Shown: positions 44,119 to 53,968 of the stretch, piece after piece
Numbering within the stretch: the first letter of the stretch is position 1
How the letters are laid out: every line of letters begins with the position of its first letter
Assembly: GCA_019694435.1 (NCBI GenBank)
Contig: JAIBBZ010000017.1
Location: forward strand, 41,565-105,564
Reading direction: 5' to 3'
DNA length: 64,000 nt
From: Pirellulales bacterium
GTDB lineage: Bacteria; Planctomycetota; Planctomycetia; Pirellulales; JAEUIK01
Made by a program: the position numbers and the translations under genes
The notes under the pieces: generated by a model
What the model saw: only the letters and a program-made list of their open reading frames with translations
What the model was told of the DNA's origin: nothing
The model's database searches: none

Positions 44119-45880
44119 CGGTAGCCTTTCGTGTTGCGGTTTCGGACGCGACGCGCTCGGCCGGGCGCGCCGGAGCAATGTTTCCGGCGAACGCCTCGTC
44201 GAACAATTCCAGGGCCCGAGTATACATGGCCAACTGCCGCCGCGGCTTGTCGTAATGCAGGGCGGGCATGCTGGCGAACAGCAGCCCAGTCAGCACCAGG
44301 ATTTCGTGGCGGTTGAACGTAGGGAAGAACACCTTGGCGAAGCGTTCCTGGATGTGGGTGTGCTGCGGCCGGGCGCAAATCTCCAGCCGGACTTCGTCGC
44401 CCGCGACCGAGACGCGGAACAAATCGTTTACGATGAAGTCGTACAGCCCATAAACCGAGTGGTACAGCTTGGCGATGTCGTAGCGCGAATCGCCGTAGAT
44501 TCCCGAAGCGCCGAAGCTGCCGCGCGGATCGACGAGCTTGCAAATTCGCGACCGCAGATCGTAGAGGATGTTCGAAAAGCACAGGTCGCCGTGAGTCACG
44601 TTGCCCACGGCGTTGGCCTCGAGCGCGCCGACCGCCGCGTCGAGTCGGTCCCACAACTGCGGCAGGTTTGCCAAGGGACGGCCGTTGACGACGACCGGGC
44701 CCGTGGACCGCACCAAGGCCAGCAATTCCGGCGGCCCCTGCATGGTTTCCAGCCGCCGGCGCGTCTTACCGATGCACATCTCACGCAGGGCACCCGCGGC
44801 CAGCGGCCGGCTGCTGCGCATAAACCCTTGGGTGACGATTTCGCGCAGATGGACGAAGATCTGCTCCCAGATACCGGGATCGACGTTCTCGAACACGAAG
44901 ACTTCGGAGAGCGACGGATAGCCGTAGTATTCCATCTTCAGCCACGGCTCGCTCCACTCCGTGGAAAACTCGATCACGCGCGGAAACAGCACGGCCAACT
45001 CCGGCGGCAGTAGCCGCAGGAAATTGATTTCGTCGATGAATTTCTCGACGTGCCGGCTGCGCTTGGTGATGGTGCCCAGTACCGGGTCGATCGACAGTTC
45101 GTTGAAATCGCGCTTTTGCAGCAGCGAACGGTGGCTCGTCGCCTGCCGGTCGGGATTGCCGCAATCGAGCCAGTCGGCCGCGCGATAGGCCCGCAGCGGC
45201 GATTGCTTGGCCAGCGGCGCGAGAATGTCGGCCATCGCGGCCGGTCGGCGCTGCAATTCGGCTGCGGCCACGGCGTCGCGCGCCGCTGCGCGCAGCCGGT
45301 CCGCAGCCGGAAAGAAGTACACGCCGATCAACGCGTCGAGCGGGCCCGGCAGGTCCGGCTCCTTGTCGTGCAAAGCCGTCACGTAGCCCTGGCGGTCGGT
45401 CTCGGCCGTGCACCAGCGATACGACTCCTCGACCTCGCTGGTCAGCACGAAGGGTTCTTCGCGGGCGAGCGCTGCAGGGTCGCTGAACTGAAAGTGCGTG
45501 TCGCCGAGCACGACCAGGGCCGCGCGCGTCGCGGCCTGTTCGGCCAATTCCTGGACGGTCAGCCCGAGGCCACCGTCGCGCGAAGGGACCAGGAAGCGAA
45601 TCTCGCAGTCCTGCCCGAACGTGTATTCGACGAAGTCTTCGATAAACATGCCGCGCCGCGCCACGGCGATGATGAACCGCCGCAGTCCGAGCGAGCGCAG
45701 GTAGCTGAGCGTCCAGTGAATCACCGGACGGCCCGCCACGGGCACCATCGCCGGACAGGCGATGTTCGACAACGCCATGACGCCCTCGGGCACGCGGCCG
45801 GCCGCCGGAATCAGGACGGTGATTTCGGACAAATCGCCCGCGGCGGCGCCGGCTTCGAGATGGGGGTCGCTCAGGTGCAT
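44102..45880 (-). CDS. Nucleotidyltransferase-like + APH/choline-kinase-like fusion protein
   Basis: N-terminal LIPAAG, VVLGDT, WLDCG. C-terminal MEYY, HGDLCFSNIL, LVDPRG, YDIAKL. Confidence 0.8.
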   Translation of the reverse strand: MHLSDPHLEAGAAAGDLSEITVLIPAAGRVPEGVMALSNIACPAMVPVAGRPVIHWTLSYLRSLGLRRFIIAVARRGMFIEDFVEYTFGQDCEIRFLVPSRDGGLGLTVQELAEQAATRAALVVLGDTHFQFSDPAALAREEPFVLTSEVEESYRWCTAETDRQGYVTALHDKEPDLPGPLDALIGVYFFPAADRLRAAARDAVAAAELQRRPAAMADILAPLAKQSPLRAYRAADWLDCGNPDRQATSHRSLLQKRDFNELSIDPVLGTITKRSRHVEKFIDEINFLRLLPPELAVLFPRVIEFSTEWSEPWLKMEYYGYPSLSEVFVFENVDPGIWEQIFVHLREIVTQGFMRSSRPLAAGALREMCIGKTRRRLETMQGPPELLALVRSTGPVVVNGRPLANLPQLWDRLDAAVGALEANAVGNVTHGDLCFSNILYDLRSRICKLVDPRGSFGASGIYGDSRYDIAKLYHSVYGLYDFIVNDLFRVSVAGDEVRLEICARPQHTHIQERFAKVFFPTFNRHEILVLTGLLFASMPALHYDKPRRQLAMYTRALELFDEAFAGNIAPARPAERVASETATRKATGAHLH

Positions 45881-45884
45881 GGTT

Positions 45885-47453
45885 CTAGTTTAAGGCCCGC
45901 TCGGCCAATTGCATGATCTCCGCCGCACAACGCTCGGCGCTATGCCCGTCGATCGCCAGAAAGACGTCGCGCAGATAGGCGTCGGCCCGTTGCTTCGCAG
46001 CCGTGGGGGAGACGCCCGTACCGGTCAGCGCCACGACGGCGTCGCGCAGCTCGGATGTACTGGTTGCATGGGTTGTGGCGCCTTGCTGGATGAAGTCGAC
46101 AGCCTTCAGTTCGTGGGCCAGGTCGAACGTCACCACGGGCACGTCGAACAGCATCGCCTCGACCGCCACGGTCGAAGCGCCCGTAATCAGCAGGTTACAG
46201 CCTTGCAGCCAGGAGAAGATGTCGACGGGGTACCCCTCGGCACCATAGCCGACGACGTGCAAGCGTGCTCCCGCCACGCTGGGGGCGATCCGCTCGTAAT
46301 AGGCCATCTGGTCCTTGCGGTGCAGCTTGGCAACGAACTGGACTTCTGGCAGCTCCTGGCTGAGCCTGAAAAAGGCTTCGATCTGACGATGGTGATGATC
46401 GTGGGAGACCGAGTTGCCCGGACCCGACGTGGCGATCAGCACGTATGGCCGATCGGCGCGCAGGCCCAATTGATGAACGATCCGGGGATCGATCGCGCCA
46501 GATTGCTTGGGATGGTGGTCGAGATAGGGTGCGCCCACGACGCGGATCGATTCGGCCGCTGTCCCGAGCCGCACGAGCTCGCGGCGGGCGCTATCGCCGT
46601 AAACCAGGTACCGGTCAGTTACGTGGCGCCCCTGGAGCGCGCTGCCCGAAACGGTGCCGTGCATCAGCGCCACGGTTGGCAGCCCCCGGGCGCGTGCCAT
46701 CTGGCAACTGCTGCGCCCCTCGACCGTGATATCGTTACCGACGACCAGGACCTGGGCCCCGAGCTGTTCGACGCACTCGCGTGTGTGTGCCGCCGTTTCC
46801 TGGACATGGACCAGGTTCTTGGCCACGAGCAGTTGAATCACGCGGCACAGCCCTGCGGCATGTTCGAGCCGGGGCAATTGTTTGAGATCGATGACGTCGC
46901 TCGGCAGCGAGCGCAGCCGTCGTCCTGTACGCTGGCCTTCGCGGCGTGCGTCGAGCAGGACCTGGGGCCAGATGGCCGGCAAATAAACGCACTCACGCCC
47001 GGCCTGGCGCACCAGGTGCAGCACCTTGGGATTCGAAGCGACGAAGGCGGCGCGGCCGCCGGCCGCGGCAATCGCGGCGGCAACCGGGAGATGTGTCTGC
47101 ACGTGCGTCGGCTCGCGCGGCCAGAACAAGATCGGCACCCGGGCTGCCGGTGCCGACAAGCTCCAGACGCGGCGATCCTCGCGCCACGCCCGGCGCCGGC
47201 GGCCCCAGAGCCGCGCTTGCTCCACGAGGCCGGCAAGCCAACCGGCAGAGGCCGGCGGCAGGGCCGCGGCGCGCGTGTGTTTGAGCACGGCGAAGAAACA
47301 CTCGGCCAGCACGCAATCGAGCACGTCGAGGGGCGGCTGCACGATCAGTGGACGCCAATCGCTGGTGCGCAATTGCGCAAACGCCGCGTCGAGCCAGTCG
47401 AGCAGCCGCTCGCCGGTCGCCGGCGCGGCCTCGGGTGTGGGGGGATCGGCCAT
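45885..47453 (-). CDS. GT-B-fold protein, candidate nonulosonate (sialyl-like) transferase
   Basis: LMHG, YLVYG, VGAPYLD, KLHRKD, STVAVEAMLFDVPV, DGHSAER are shared by CDP-Gro/CMP-sugar transferase-like proteins. Lies next to neu genes. Confidence 0.55.
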   Translation of the reverse strand: MADPPTPEAAPATGERLLDWLDAAFAQLRTSDWRPLIVQPPLDVLDCVLAECFFAVLKHTRAAALPPASAGWLAGLVEQARLWGRRRRAWREDRRVWSLSAPAARVPILFWPREPTHVQTHLPVAAAIAAAGGRAAFVASNPKVLHLVRQAGRECVYLPAIWPQVLLDARREGQRTGRRLRSLPSDVIDLKQLPRLEHAAGLCRVIQLLVAKNLVHVQETAAHTRECVEQLGAQVLVVGNDITVEGRSSCQMARARGLPTVALMHGTVSGSALQGRHVTDRYLVYGDSARRELVRLGTAAESIRVVGAPYLDHHPKQSGAIDPRIVHQLGLRADRPYVLIATSGPGNSVSHDHHHRQIEAFFRLSQELPEVQFVAKLHRKDQMAYYERIAPSVAGARLHVVGYGAEGYPVDIFSWLQGCNLLITGASTVAVEAMLFDVPVVTFDLAHELKAVDFIQQGATTHATSTSELRDAVVALTGTGVSPTAAKQRADAYLRDVFLAIDGHSAERCAAEIMQLAERALN

Positions 47454-47467
47454 GCCGGGCGAGGCCT

Positions 47468-48121
47468 TCACGCGTGAAGCTCGTGGGCTACGGACGGTTG
47501 CGGGGGAGCGACGGTCTGGCGATTCGCCCGACGCAAGCGGACCCGGCGCCGGTTCACCAGGTCGTGGTCGCGAGGCATGCCCAAATAGCTGCCGGCGGCT
47601 TTCAAGTGCTCGTAGGCCTCGCGATTGCGCTCGCGGATGACTTTCGCCGGGGCGCCGCCCACGATCGCCAGCGGCGGCACGTCGCGGGTGACGATCGATC
47701 CGGCCGCGACGACTGCCCCCTCGCCAATCGTCACGCCGGGCACGATCAGCACGCGATCGCCCAGCCAAACGCAGTCGCCGATCACGACGTCCTTGGCCAC
47801 GTGCCCCTTGTCGTAGGGCAAGGTCAAGGGGACTTCGAAATTGTGGTTGTCAGTGATGATCGTGACGTGTTCGCCCATGTGGACGTGCGAGCCGATGAAC
47901 AGCCGGCCGGTGCCCTTCGAGACAAAGCCGGGATTCATCGACACGTCGTTGGCCAAATAGGTGACCTCGGGGTTGCCGAACTTGATCGGACCGCGAATGG
48001 TGACGGGCGACCCCAGGCCGGCGACTTGCTCGAGCTGGGCGACGACTTGCTCGCGCGTGTACCAGTCGACCGCCGGCTGGACGACGAGCTTGCGAATCAG
48101 GCGGAACAACAACTGCGACAT
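47468..48121 (-). CDS. Hexapeptide-repeat (LbH) O-acetyltransferase
   Basis: [51 protein letters not shown]. Confidence 0.9.
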   Translation of the reverse strand: MSQLLFRLIRKLVVQPAVDWYTREQVVAQLEQVAGLGSPVTIRGPIKFGNPEVTYLANDVSMNPGFVSKGTGRLFIGSHVHMGEHVTIITDNHNFEVPLTLPYDKGHVAKDVVIGDCVWLGDRVLIVPGVTIGEGAVVAAGSIVTRDVPPLAIVGGAPAKVIRERNREAYEHLKAAGSYLGMPRDHDLVNRRRVRLRRANRQTVAPPQPSVAHELHA

Positions 48122-48152
48122 GGGCGGATGGTTTCGCGTGCGCCGCGCGCGA

Positions 48153-49226
48153 TCAGCTACCGGCTTCGGCCGGCGGCTTTTGGAGCGCGGCCCATTGATA
48201 CGATTCATTGCCCGGCGGCGTCATCGCGCGGCGCACCAGTCCACCGGACAGCCGGTCGAGCAGGTCGCTGGCGTGATAAAAGCGTGGACTGTACAGTGCC
48301 ATGCGATGCCGGAACCGGCCCGGCGTGAACCGGCTGGTCAGCAGGTCGTGCAATTGGATGTCGATACCGCCGCAATGCGCGTGGGCAATCTGCTTCAGGC
48401 CGACGCGCTCGGCCAGCCGGGCCAGTCCGGCCTTGGTAAACAGGCTCACATGGCCAAAGCTGCTGACGTGCGTGTGCAAGTTGCCGAACAGCCGAAAACT
48501 GGCCGAATCGACGTTCGGCGTGTCGAGATAGACGATGCCGCCGGGACGCAGCAGCCGCCGCGCCTCGGTAAGCAATTCGGCCGGGTCGGTGATGTGCTCG
48601 ATCAACTGCAGCATCGTGATCACGTCGAAGCGTCCCTCGCCCGAGACGTCCTGCAACCGGCCGGTGGTGACCTGGAGCCCCTGTTTGCGGGCGACCTCGG
48701 CCGTGTCGGCGCCCAGCTCGACGCCTTCGACGTCGAACCGCTGTCGGGCAGTCAGCAAGAAGGCCCCCGTGGCGCAACCGACGTCGAGCAGTGTGGGCCG
48801 ACGGTCGGTGGGAAAGCGAAATACGCTGACCAGGTGATCGAAGTCGTGCTGGTTGGCGGGCTCGACCGAGACGTTGTCGGTCGTCCGCTGCTCGGTCCAG
48901 TGGAAGGCGTACGCCGGATCGTTATAGAGCCGCCCCAGAGTCCCCTCGGTAGGCACGGGGTCCATGTAGACGGTGCCCGTTTCGGGACAGGTCGCGAACT
49001 GGAAGCCGAGCGGGTTGGAGAAGCGGTCGGGGTGTTCGTGGACCACGCCACAGGCGGGGCACCGATTGGGCGCGAAGAGCGATGGATCCTGTTGCGCTTC
49101 GGCGAGAATTCGGCGTTCGGCAGCGGCGCGTAGACGGTGATATTCGCGCTTGTGGACGAGCTCGCGCTTGCCGCCGCCGCGGACGAGGTAATAGCCGCTG
49201 CGTAAAAGTTCTTTGACTGCAGACAT
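48153..49226 (-). CDS. Class I SAM-dependent methyltransferase with N-terminal Cys/Zn motif
   Basis: CPACG...[23 protein letters not shown]. Confidence 0.88.
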   Translation of the reverse strand: MSAVKELLRSGYYLVRGGGKRELVHKREYHRLRAAAERRILAEAQQDPSLFAPNRCPACGVVHEHPDRFSNPLGFQFATCPETGTVYMDPVPTEGTLGRLYNDPAYAFHWTEQRTTDNVSVEPANQHDFDHLVSVFRFPTDRRPTLLDVGCATGAFLLTARQRFDVEGVELGADTAEVARKQGLQVTTGRLQDVSGEGRFDVITMLQLIEHITDPAELLTEARRLLRPGGIVYLDTPNVDSASFRLFGNLHTHVSSFGHVSLFTKAGLARLAERVGLKQIAHAHCGGIDIQLHDLLTSRFTPGRFRHRMALYSPRFYHASDLLDRLSGGLVRRAMTPPGNESYQWAALQKPPAEAGS

Positions 49227-49241
49227 GGACAACAGCAAGGG

Positions 49242-50864
49242 TTACTCGGGAATCGTCGTCGACACGGGTTCTGCCGCACCTGCAGACGCTGCGGCGTTTT
49301 CGGACGCGGCCTCGGTCCGCTCTGCGCTCGACCCAGCCTCCGGCTCTCTGGTCGACTCAGCCTCCGGCTCTGCGTTCGGTTTTTGCTTTTTACCGCGGCC
49401 GGCGCGCTGTTTCGTGAGCTTGTCGAACAAGATCCTTACGCGATGCCGTTCGTGCTCTGATCGCAGCAGGATCAAGGCGACGATCGCCGGGTAGGCGAGC
49501 GACAGAACCAGCGCCAAGGCACTGCGCTCGATCAAGCCCAAGCCGCTCGACAGCCAGGCATTGAACAGGATGAGCGCGGACGACACCAGCAGCAGCGAGC
49601 CGATCACGGGCCAGTCGTACTTGATGGGGAACTGCCGCTGGGAGAGCAGGTAGATGATCGTGGCCATCACCAGCCAGCTCAGCGCCGAGGCGCAGGCCGC
49701 GCCCGCGCCTAAGAATGACGGCACCAGCACGAGCGAGCCGACCATGACCGTCGCCAGGCCTGACAGGGTTACGAGCGGCATCGCTCGCGTGTTGTCTCCC
49801 AATTCGATCCCGGTGCCCAACATGAAATACATGCCTTCGCACAAGGGAATGATCGCGGTGATCGGTACGAGCGCCGCGGCCGTGTGATAGCTGGGCGCGG
49901 TCATCAGCACCAGCAACAGCGGCCCCCACAGCGAGACACCCAGCCACAAATAGGTGGAGCCCGCCAGGTAGTACGTGACGATGCCGCGAAACGTCCCCAT
50001 CGGGTCGGCGTCGTCGGCGTGAATCTGGAATTTGAAGGGCACCCAGGCCTTTTGTACGGAGTTGACGATGAAGGCGAAGGGCAGCGAGAACTTGAGCGCC
50101 ATGCCGTAGAGCCCGGTCTCGCGGGCGCCGAGCCATTGATTCACGACGATCTGGCCAAACACGCCCAGCAGCACGCCCATCAGGTGATGGAATACGAAGG
50201 GCAGTCCGTAGGAGAACATCGCGCCCCAGGTGGCGCGGCTCATCGTCAACCCGAATCGCGACCGGGTGGCGACGAACGTCGCCACGGTCGAGGCGATCGA
50301 CCCGACGAGCGTGCCATACACCGAGCCGGCAACGCCCAGGTGCATGACGGTCACGAAGAACACCGTCGGCAGGATGGTGCTGAGCACCTTGAAGATGCTG
50401 ATTTGGGCCACGGTCTTCACGTGGCGATCGGCCCGGAGCGTGACCAGGCCGATGTTCTGCACGCTGTGCAACATGGCCGAGAGGATCGTCAGCCAGACCA
50501 GGCCGATGAGCTGCGGATCGTGCAACAGGTGTTGCGCCAGCAACGGCGACGCGAGGAAGCAAATCGCCCCGAACGCGGCCGTCGAGCCGACCACGCTGAC
50601 CAGGCCCGTGCTGAGCACGTCCCGCCGGGCGGACTCGTCCTTGCTGACGTTGAACCGGCGAAAGATGGCATTTGACATGCCGATATTCGCCACGGGCACG
50701 TACAGGCCCATGAAGATATTGAGCATGTCGAGGATGCCGTAATCGGCGGGCCCCAGGTACCGCGTCAGCAGCGGCACCAGCAGGAAATTGATCAATTGGC
50801 TCAGCGCCGTCGCGACGCCGAAGACCAAGGAATCGCCGAGGAGGCTTAAGAGCTTACGAAACAT
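49242..50864 (-). CDS. wzx: Wzx-type oligosaccharide flippase
   Basis: PLLTRYLGPADYG, 12-14 TM segments, GLYGMA, YGLP. Confidence 0.88.
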   Translation of the reverse strand: MFRKLLSLLGDSLVFGVATALSQLINFLLVPLLTRYLGPADYGILDMLNIFMGLYVPVANIGMSNAIFRRFNVSKDESARRDVLSTGLVSVVGSTAAFGAICFLASPLLAQHLLHDPQLIGLVWLTILSAMLHSVQNIGLVTLRADRHVKTVAQISIFKVLSTILPTVFFVTVMHLGVAGSVYGTLVGSIASTVATFVATRSRFGLTMSRATWGAMFSYGLPFVFHHLMGVLLGVFGQIVVNQWLGARETGLYGMALKFSLPFAFIVNSVQKAWVPFKFQIHADDADPMGTFRGIVTYYLAGSTYLWLGVSLWGPLLLVLMTAPSYHTAAALVPITAIIPLCEGMYFMLGTGIELGDNTRAMPLVTLSGLATVMVGSLVLVPSFLGAGAACASALSWLVMATIIYLLSQRQFPIKYDWPVIGSLLLVSSALILFNAWLSSGLGLIERSALALVLSLAYPAIVALILLRSEHERHRVRILFDKLTKQRAGRGKKQKPNAEPEAESTREPEAGSSAERTEAASENAAASAGAAEPVSTTIPE

Positions 50865-50870
50865 GAACGC

Positions 50871-51617
50871 TCAAAAGTGGACCTTGTTCGGCGCGGCCAG
50901 ATTGGGGTGCCGCTCGACCAGGAACTCGGCAAACTGCAAGTCGATCTCGTCGTTAATGTCGACCGAATACTCGCGGGGCATCACCACGGCGCGGCAGTCG
51001 TCGCCCAAGACCTTGCCCCGGTTGATCACGTCGCGTCGCGTCGCGTAAACCGAGCCGTTCCGCGCGTACAGTGGGGGCAACTGGTGCTGCGCCATCCGCC
51101 CTCTTTCGTCCTCGAAATACGGTACCAGTTGATCGCCGCGCAGGGTCTTCAGCTTGTAGGGATGAATCGACTGTTCGATCTTGGCGACCGTGACGCACGA
51201 TTCGGCACCCGACGTTTCGAGCAACTCGATCGTGGCGTCGATATCGGACGGCCGCGTCAGCGGCGAACTGGGCTGCACGATGGCCACGGCGTCGAAACGC
51301 GGCTCGCCGGCGCCTTCGAGCGCGCCGAGCGCGTGGTGCACAAATTCAATCGCCATCGACGTGTCGCGGGAGATCTCTTCGGGGCGTTGCAGGGCATATT
51401 CGTCGCCGTAGCTGCGCGCCAAGGCGAGAATCTCCGGGTGCTCCGAAGAGACGACGACGCGCGTGAGCCGTTCGGCGGCCAAGGCCGTCTCCAGCGCGCG
51501 GGCGACGAGCGTCTTGCCGCCTAACATGCAGAGGTTCTTCCGCGGCAGACGTTTCGAACCACCGCGAGCGGGGATGATGCCCAGGACCCGAAATCCGTGG
51601 GGCGATTGAGATTTCAT
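50871..51617 (-). CDS. neuA: CMP-nonulosonic acid synthetase (acylneuraminate cytidylyltransferase)
   Basis: IIPARGGSKRLPRKN, QPSSPL, NGSVY, SVDINDEID. Confidence 0.88.
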   Translation of the reverse strand: MKSQSPHGFRVLGIIPARGGSKRLPRKNLCMLGGKTLVARALETALAAERLTRVVVSSEHPEILALARSYGDEYALQRPEEISRDTSMAIEFVHHALGALEGAGEPRFDAVAIVQPSSPLTRPSDIDATIELLETSGAESCVTVAKIEQSIHPYKLKTLRGDQLVPYFEDERGRMAQHQLPPLYARNGSVYATRRDVINRGKVLGDDCRAVVMPREYSVDINDEIDLQFAEFLVERHPNLAAPNKVHF

Positions 51618-51748
51618 GTTGCTTTGACTGACTTCTACCTTAACGCTTGCGTCTCCCCTTAGCTTCACACCAGACGCACGTCGGCCCTGTTGACGTCAGC
51701 TCCTCTGTTCCTGTTCCAAGATGCCAGACACAAATTGTTCCGTGACGT

Positions 51749-52777
51749 TCAAAAATCACCCCGCCCAACGTTCGCCGAACTTTCCTGGGCTCCGTTCGTC
51801 GTGACCGTCGTTTCGCGGCCGGTGTACTCGGGCTTCCAGGCTTGCAGCACGCGCAAGGCCAGAAAGACCTCGGTCTTTTCGAAGGATTCCTCGGTGTTGC
51901 CGCCAATGTGCGGCACAACCAGCAGGTTGTCGTGTTCGCGAGCATACCGGACGACGGGATGCTGAGCGTTAATATCCGGTTCGCCGTCGAGTACGTCGAG
52001 TGCCGCGCCCGCAAGGTGGCCCGATGCGAGCACCTCGATCAGGGCCCGGTCGTCGATTACGCCCCCCCGCGAAGTGTTGATCAGCACCGCCCCGGGCCGC
52101 ATGATTTCCAACTGCCGGCGGCCGATCAGGTGCCGCGTCGAATCGTCGTATTTCACGTGAATGCTGACGATGTCGCTCCGTTCGAGCAGTTCGTCGATCG
52201 TCGAGGTGCGCACGGCCAGATCGCTGGGGAAATCGGGGCGCGGATCGTAGCCCAGCACCTCCATGCCAAAGGCACGGAAGTACCCGGCGACGATGGTGCC
52301 GAGCCGTCCCATGCCGACGATGCCCGCCGTCTTGCCGAACAGCTCGCGGCCGCGGAACAAATCGCGGTTCCAGAGGCCCTCGTTCACGCTGGCCGCTGCC
52401 TGGGGGATGTGGCGCAACAGGGCCAGTGCCAGACCCAAGGTCAGCTCGGCCGTGGCGCGCACGCGCTTCAGAAACTCGAACTCGCCGCGCAGGCTGACCA
52501 CCCGGAGGCCGCGCTGTTGGCAGGCCTGCAAGTCGATATGGTCGAGCCCCGTCACCGGGGTCACCAGCATCCGGCAACGCAGCTGGCCCGAGAGCAACGC
52601 ACGATCGATGCGGTGGGCCAACCGGAACCAGAAGATGTCGTAGTCGCGCAGCGCGTCGGCCAACTCGCCATGATGGCAATGGCGCAGCTCGACGTCGCCC
52701 ACCTGGCGGAGGATTTCCACCGCCTTGGGGCTGAAGTCGTCCGGCTCGGCGATCAGGATGCGGACCGTGTCGTTCAC
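51749..52777 (-). CDS. D-isomer-specific 2-hydroxyacid dehydrogenase (SerA-like, no ACT domain)
   Basis: TGLDHID, ATAE, GIVGMGRLG, INTSRG, AALDV, PHIGG. Confidence 0.9.
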   Translation of the reverse strand: MNDTVRILIAEPDDFSPKAVEILRQVGDVELRHCHHGELADALRDYDIFWFRLAHRIDRALLSGQLRCRMLVTPVTGLDHIDLQACQQRGLRVVSLRGEFEFLKRVRATAELTLGLALALLRHIPQAAASVNEGLWNRDLFRGRELFGKTAGIVGMGRLGTIVAGYFRAFGMEVLGYDPRPDFPSDLAVRTSTIDELLERSDIVSIHVKYDDSTRHLIGRRQLEIMRPGAVLINTSRGGVIDDRALIEVLASGHLAGAALDVLDGEPDINAQHPVVRYAREHDNLLVVPHIGGNTEESFEKTEVFLALRVLQAWKPEYTGRETTVTTNGAQESSANVGRGDF

Positions 52778-52795
52778 GAGCGGCTGACGCGCGGG

Positions 52796-53968
52796 TTAGA
52801 GATCTTCGTGGACAAACGCGAGACGCTTCTGGACGTAGGGCTTGAGCGCGGCCACCGCGTCGGCCACCCGTTGCGAGACGTGCCCGTCTCCATACAGCGT
52901 ACTTGGTGCATAACGTCCATGCTTGAACTGCTTTTCAATGGCCGCGCGGATCGCATCGACCTCGACCGACACGCGGACGGCATGGACGTCCGTTTCGCGG
53001 CCGTTTTGCCGGTTGCCGACCAGCACGACGGGCGTACCGAAATAACCGGCGTCGCGGACAAAGCTGCTGGAATTGCCGATTGCGCAGGCCGTATTGGCCA
53101 GCACTTTCAGATAGTCTTCCGGCGTCAGGTTGGTGAGCGTACGCATCCACGGCCGGTCGATCGTATTACGGTACACGCGGATCATCTTGCTGATGTGGTC
53201 GCTGCCGGCGTCGATGTTCGGCCACAGCACCAGCGACTGCACGCGGACGGCGTCGAGCGCCTTGAGCAGGTTTTGCATCTGGTCGCTTTCCGCGCCGAAC
53301 TCGGTCGTCGTCGGGTGAAAGATGACCAGGAAAAAGGGCTTGGTGACGTCGATTTCGACGCCGTTGCCGCGGCTGTTGACGACCGCCGACGGGAGCGTGC
53401 GATCGAGCGAACGCGCTATGTCGCTCGACGGGCAGCCAACCGTGAGCACCGTGTCGGGTCGTTCGCCCATCCGCATGATGTACTCGGCCGAACGTTTGGT
53501 TGAAGGCACGTGAAACTGGGCGAACTTCGTGATCGCGTGCCGGGCACTTTCGTCGATCGAGCCGCTGACCTCGCCGCCTTGCAGGTGGATCAACGGGATA
53601 TTCATGTAGGCCGCTGCGATGGCCGCCGAGAGCGCCTCGTAGCGGTCGCCGATCAACAGTACCACGTCTGGCTTCAAGCGGTGCAGCTCGCTGGAGAACT
53701 CGACCACGCCGAAGCCGACGCTCTTGGCCATCGTGGCCGGCGTCGAGCCTTCGAGCTCCGTGTAGATCTCGCCGCTGATCGCGAAACCGTCTTTGCGCAC
53801 GACGCGCACCGGCTGGTCGAAGCGCTCGAGCACCATCGTGCCGGCCGCCAGCACCTGCAGCTCCAGCGCGGGGTGTTCCTGGATGGCGCGCATCACCGGC
53901 TTCAGACGCCCATAGTTGGCGCGGTCGACCAGCACCACGCAGACGGTTCGTTTGCCGTTGTTACTCAA
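52796..53968 (-). CDS. neuC: Hydrolysing UDP-GlcNAc 2-epimerase (NeuC/LegG type)
   Basis: RANYG, GDRYE, GGEVSGSIDE, RHAITK, PNIDAG, GNSSS, GNRQNGRE. SD GGAGG. Confidence 0.88.
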   Translation of the reverse strand: MSNNGKRTVCVVLVDRANYGRLKPVMRAIQEHPALELQVLAAGTMVLERFDQPVRVVRKDGFAISGEIYTELEGSTPATMAKSVGFGVVEFSSELHRLKPDVVLLIGDRYEALSAAIAAAYMNIPLIHLQGGEVSGSIDESARHAITKFAQFHVPSTKRSAEYIMRMGERPDTVLTVGCPSSDIARSLDRTLPSAVVNSRGNGVEIDVTKPFFLVIFHPTTTEFGAESDQMQNLLKALDAVRVQSLVLWPNIDAGSDHISKMIRVYRNTIDRPWMRTLTNLTPEDYLKVLANTACAIGNSSSFVRDAGYFGTPVVLVGNRQNGRETDVHAVRVSVEVDAIRAAIEKQFKHGRYAPSTLYGDGHVSQRVADAVAALKPYVQKRLAFVHEDL

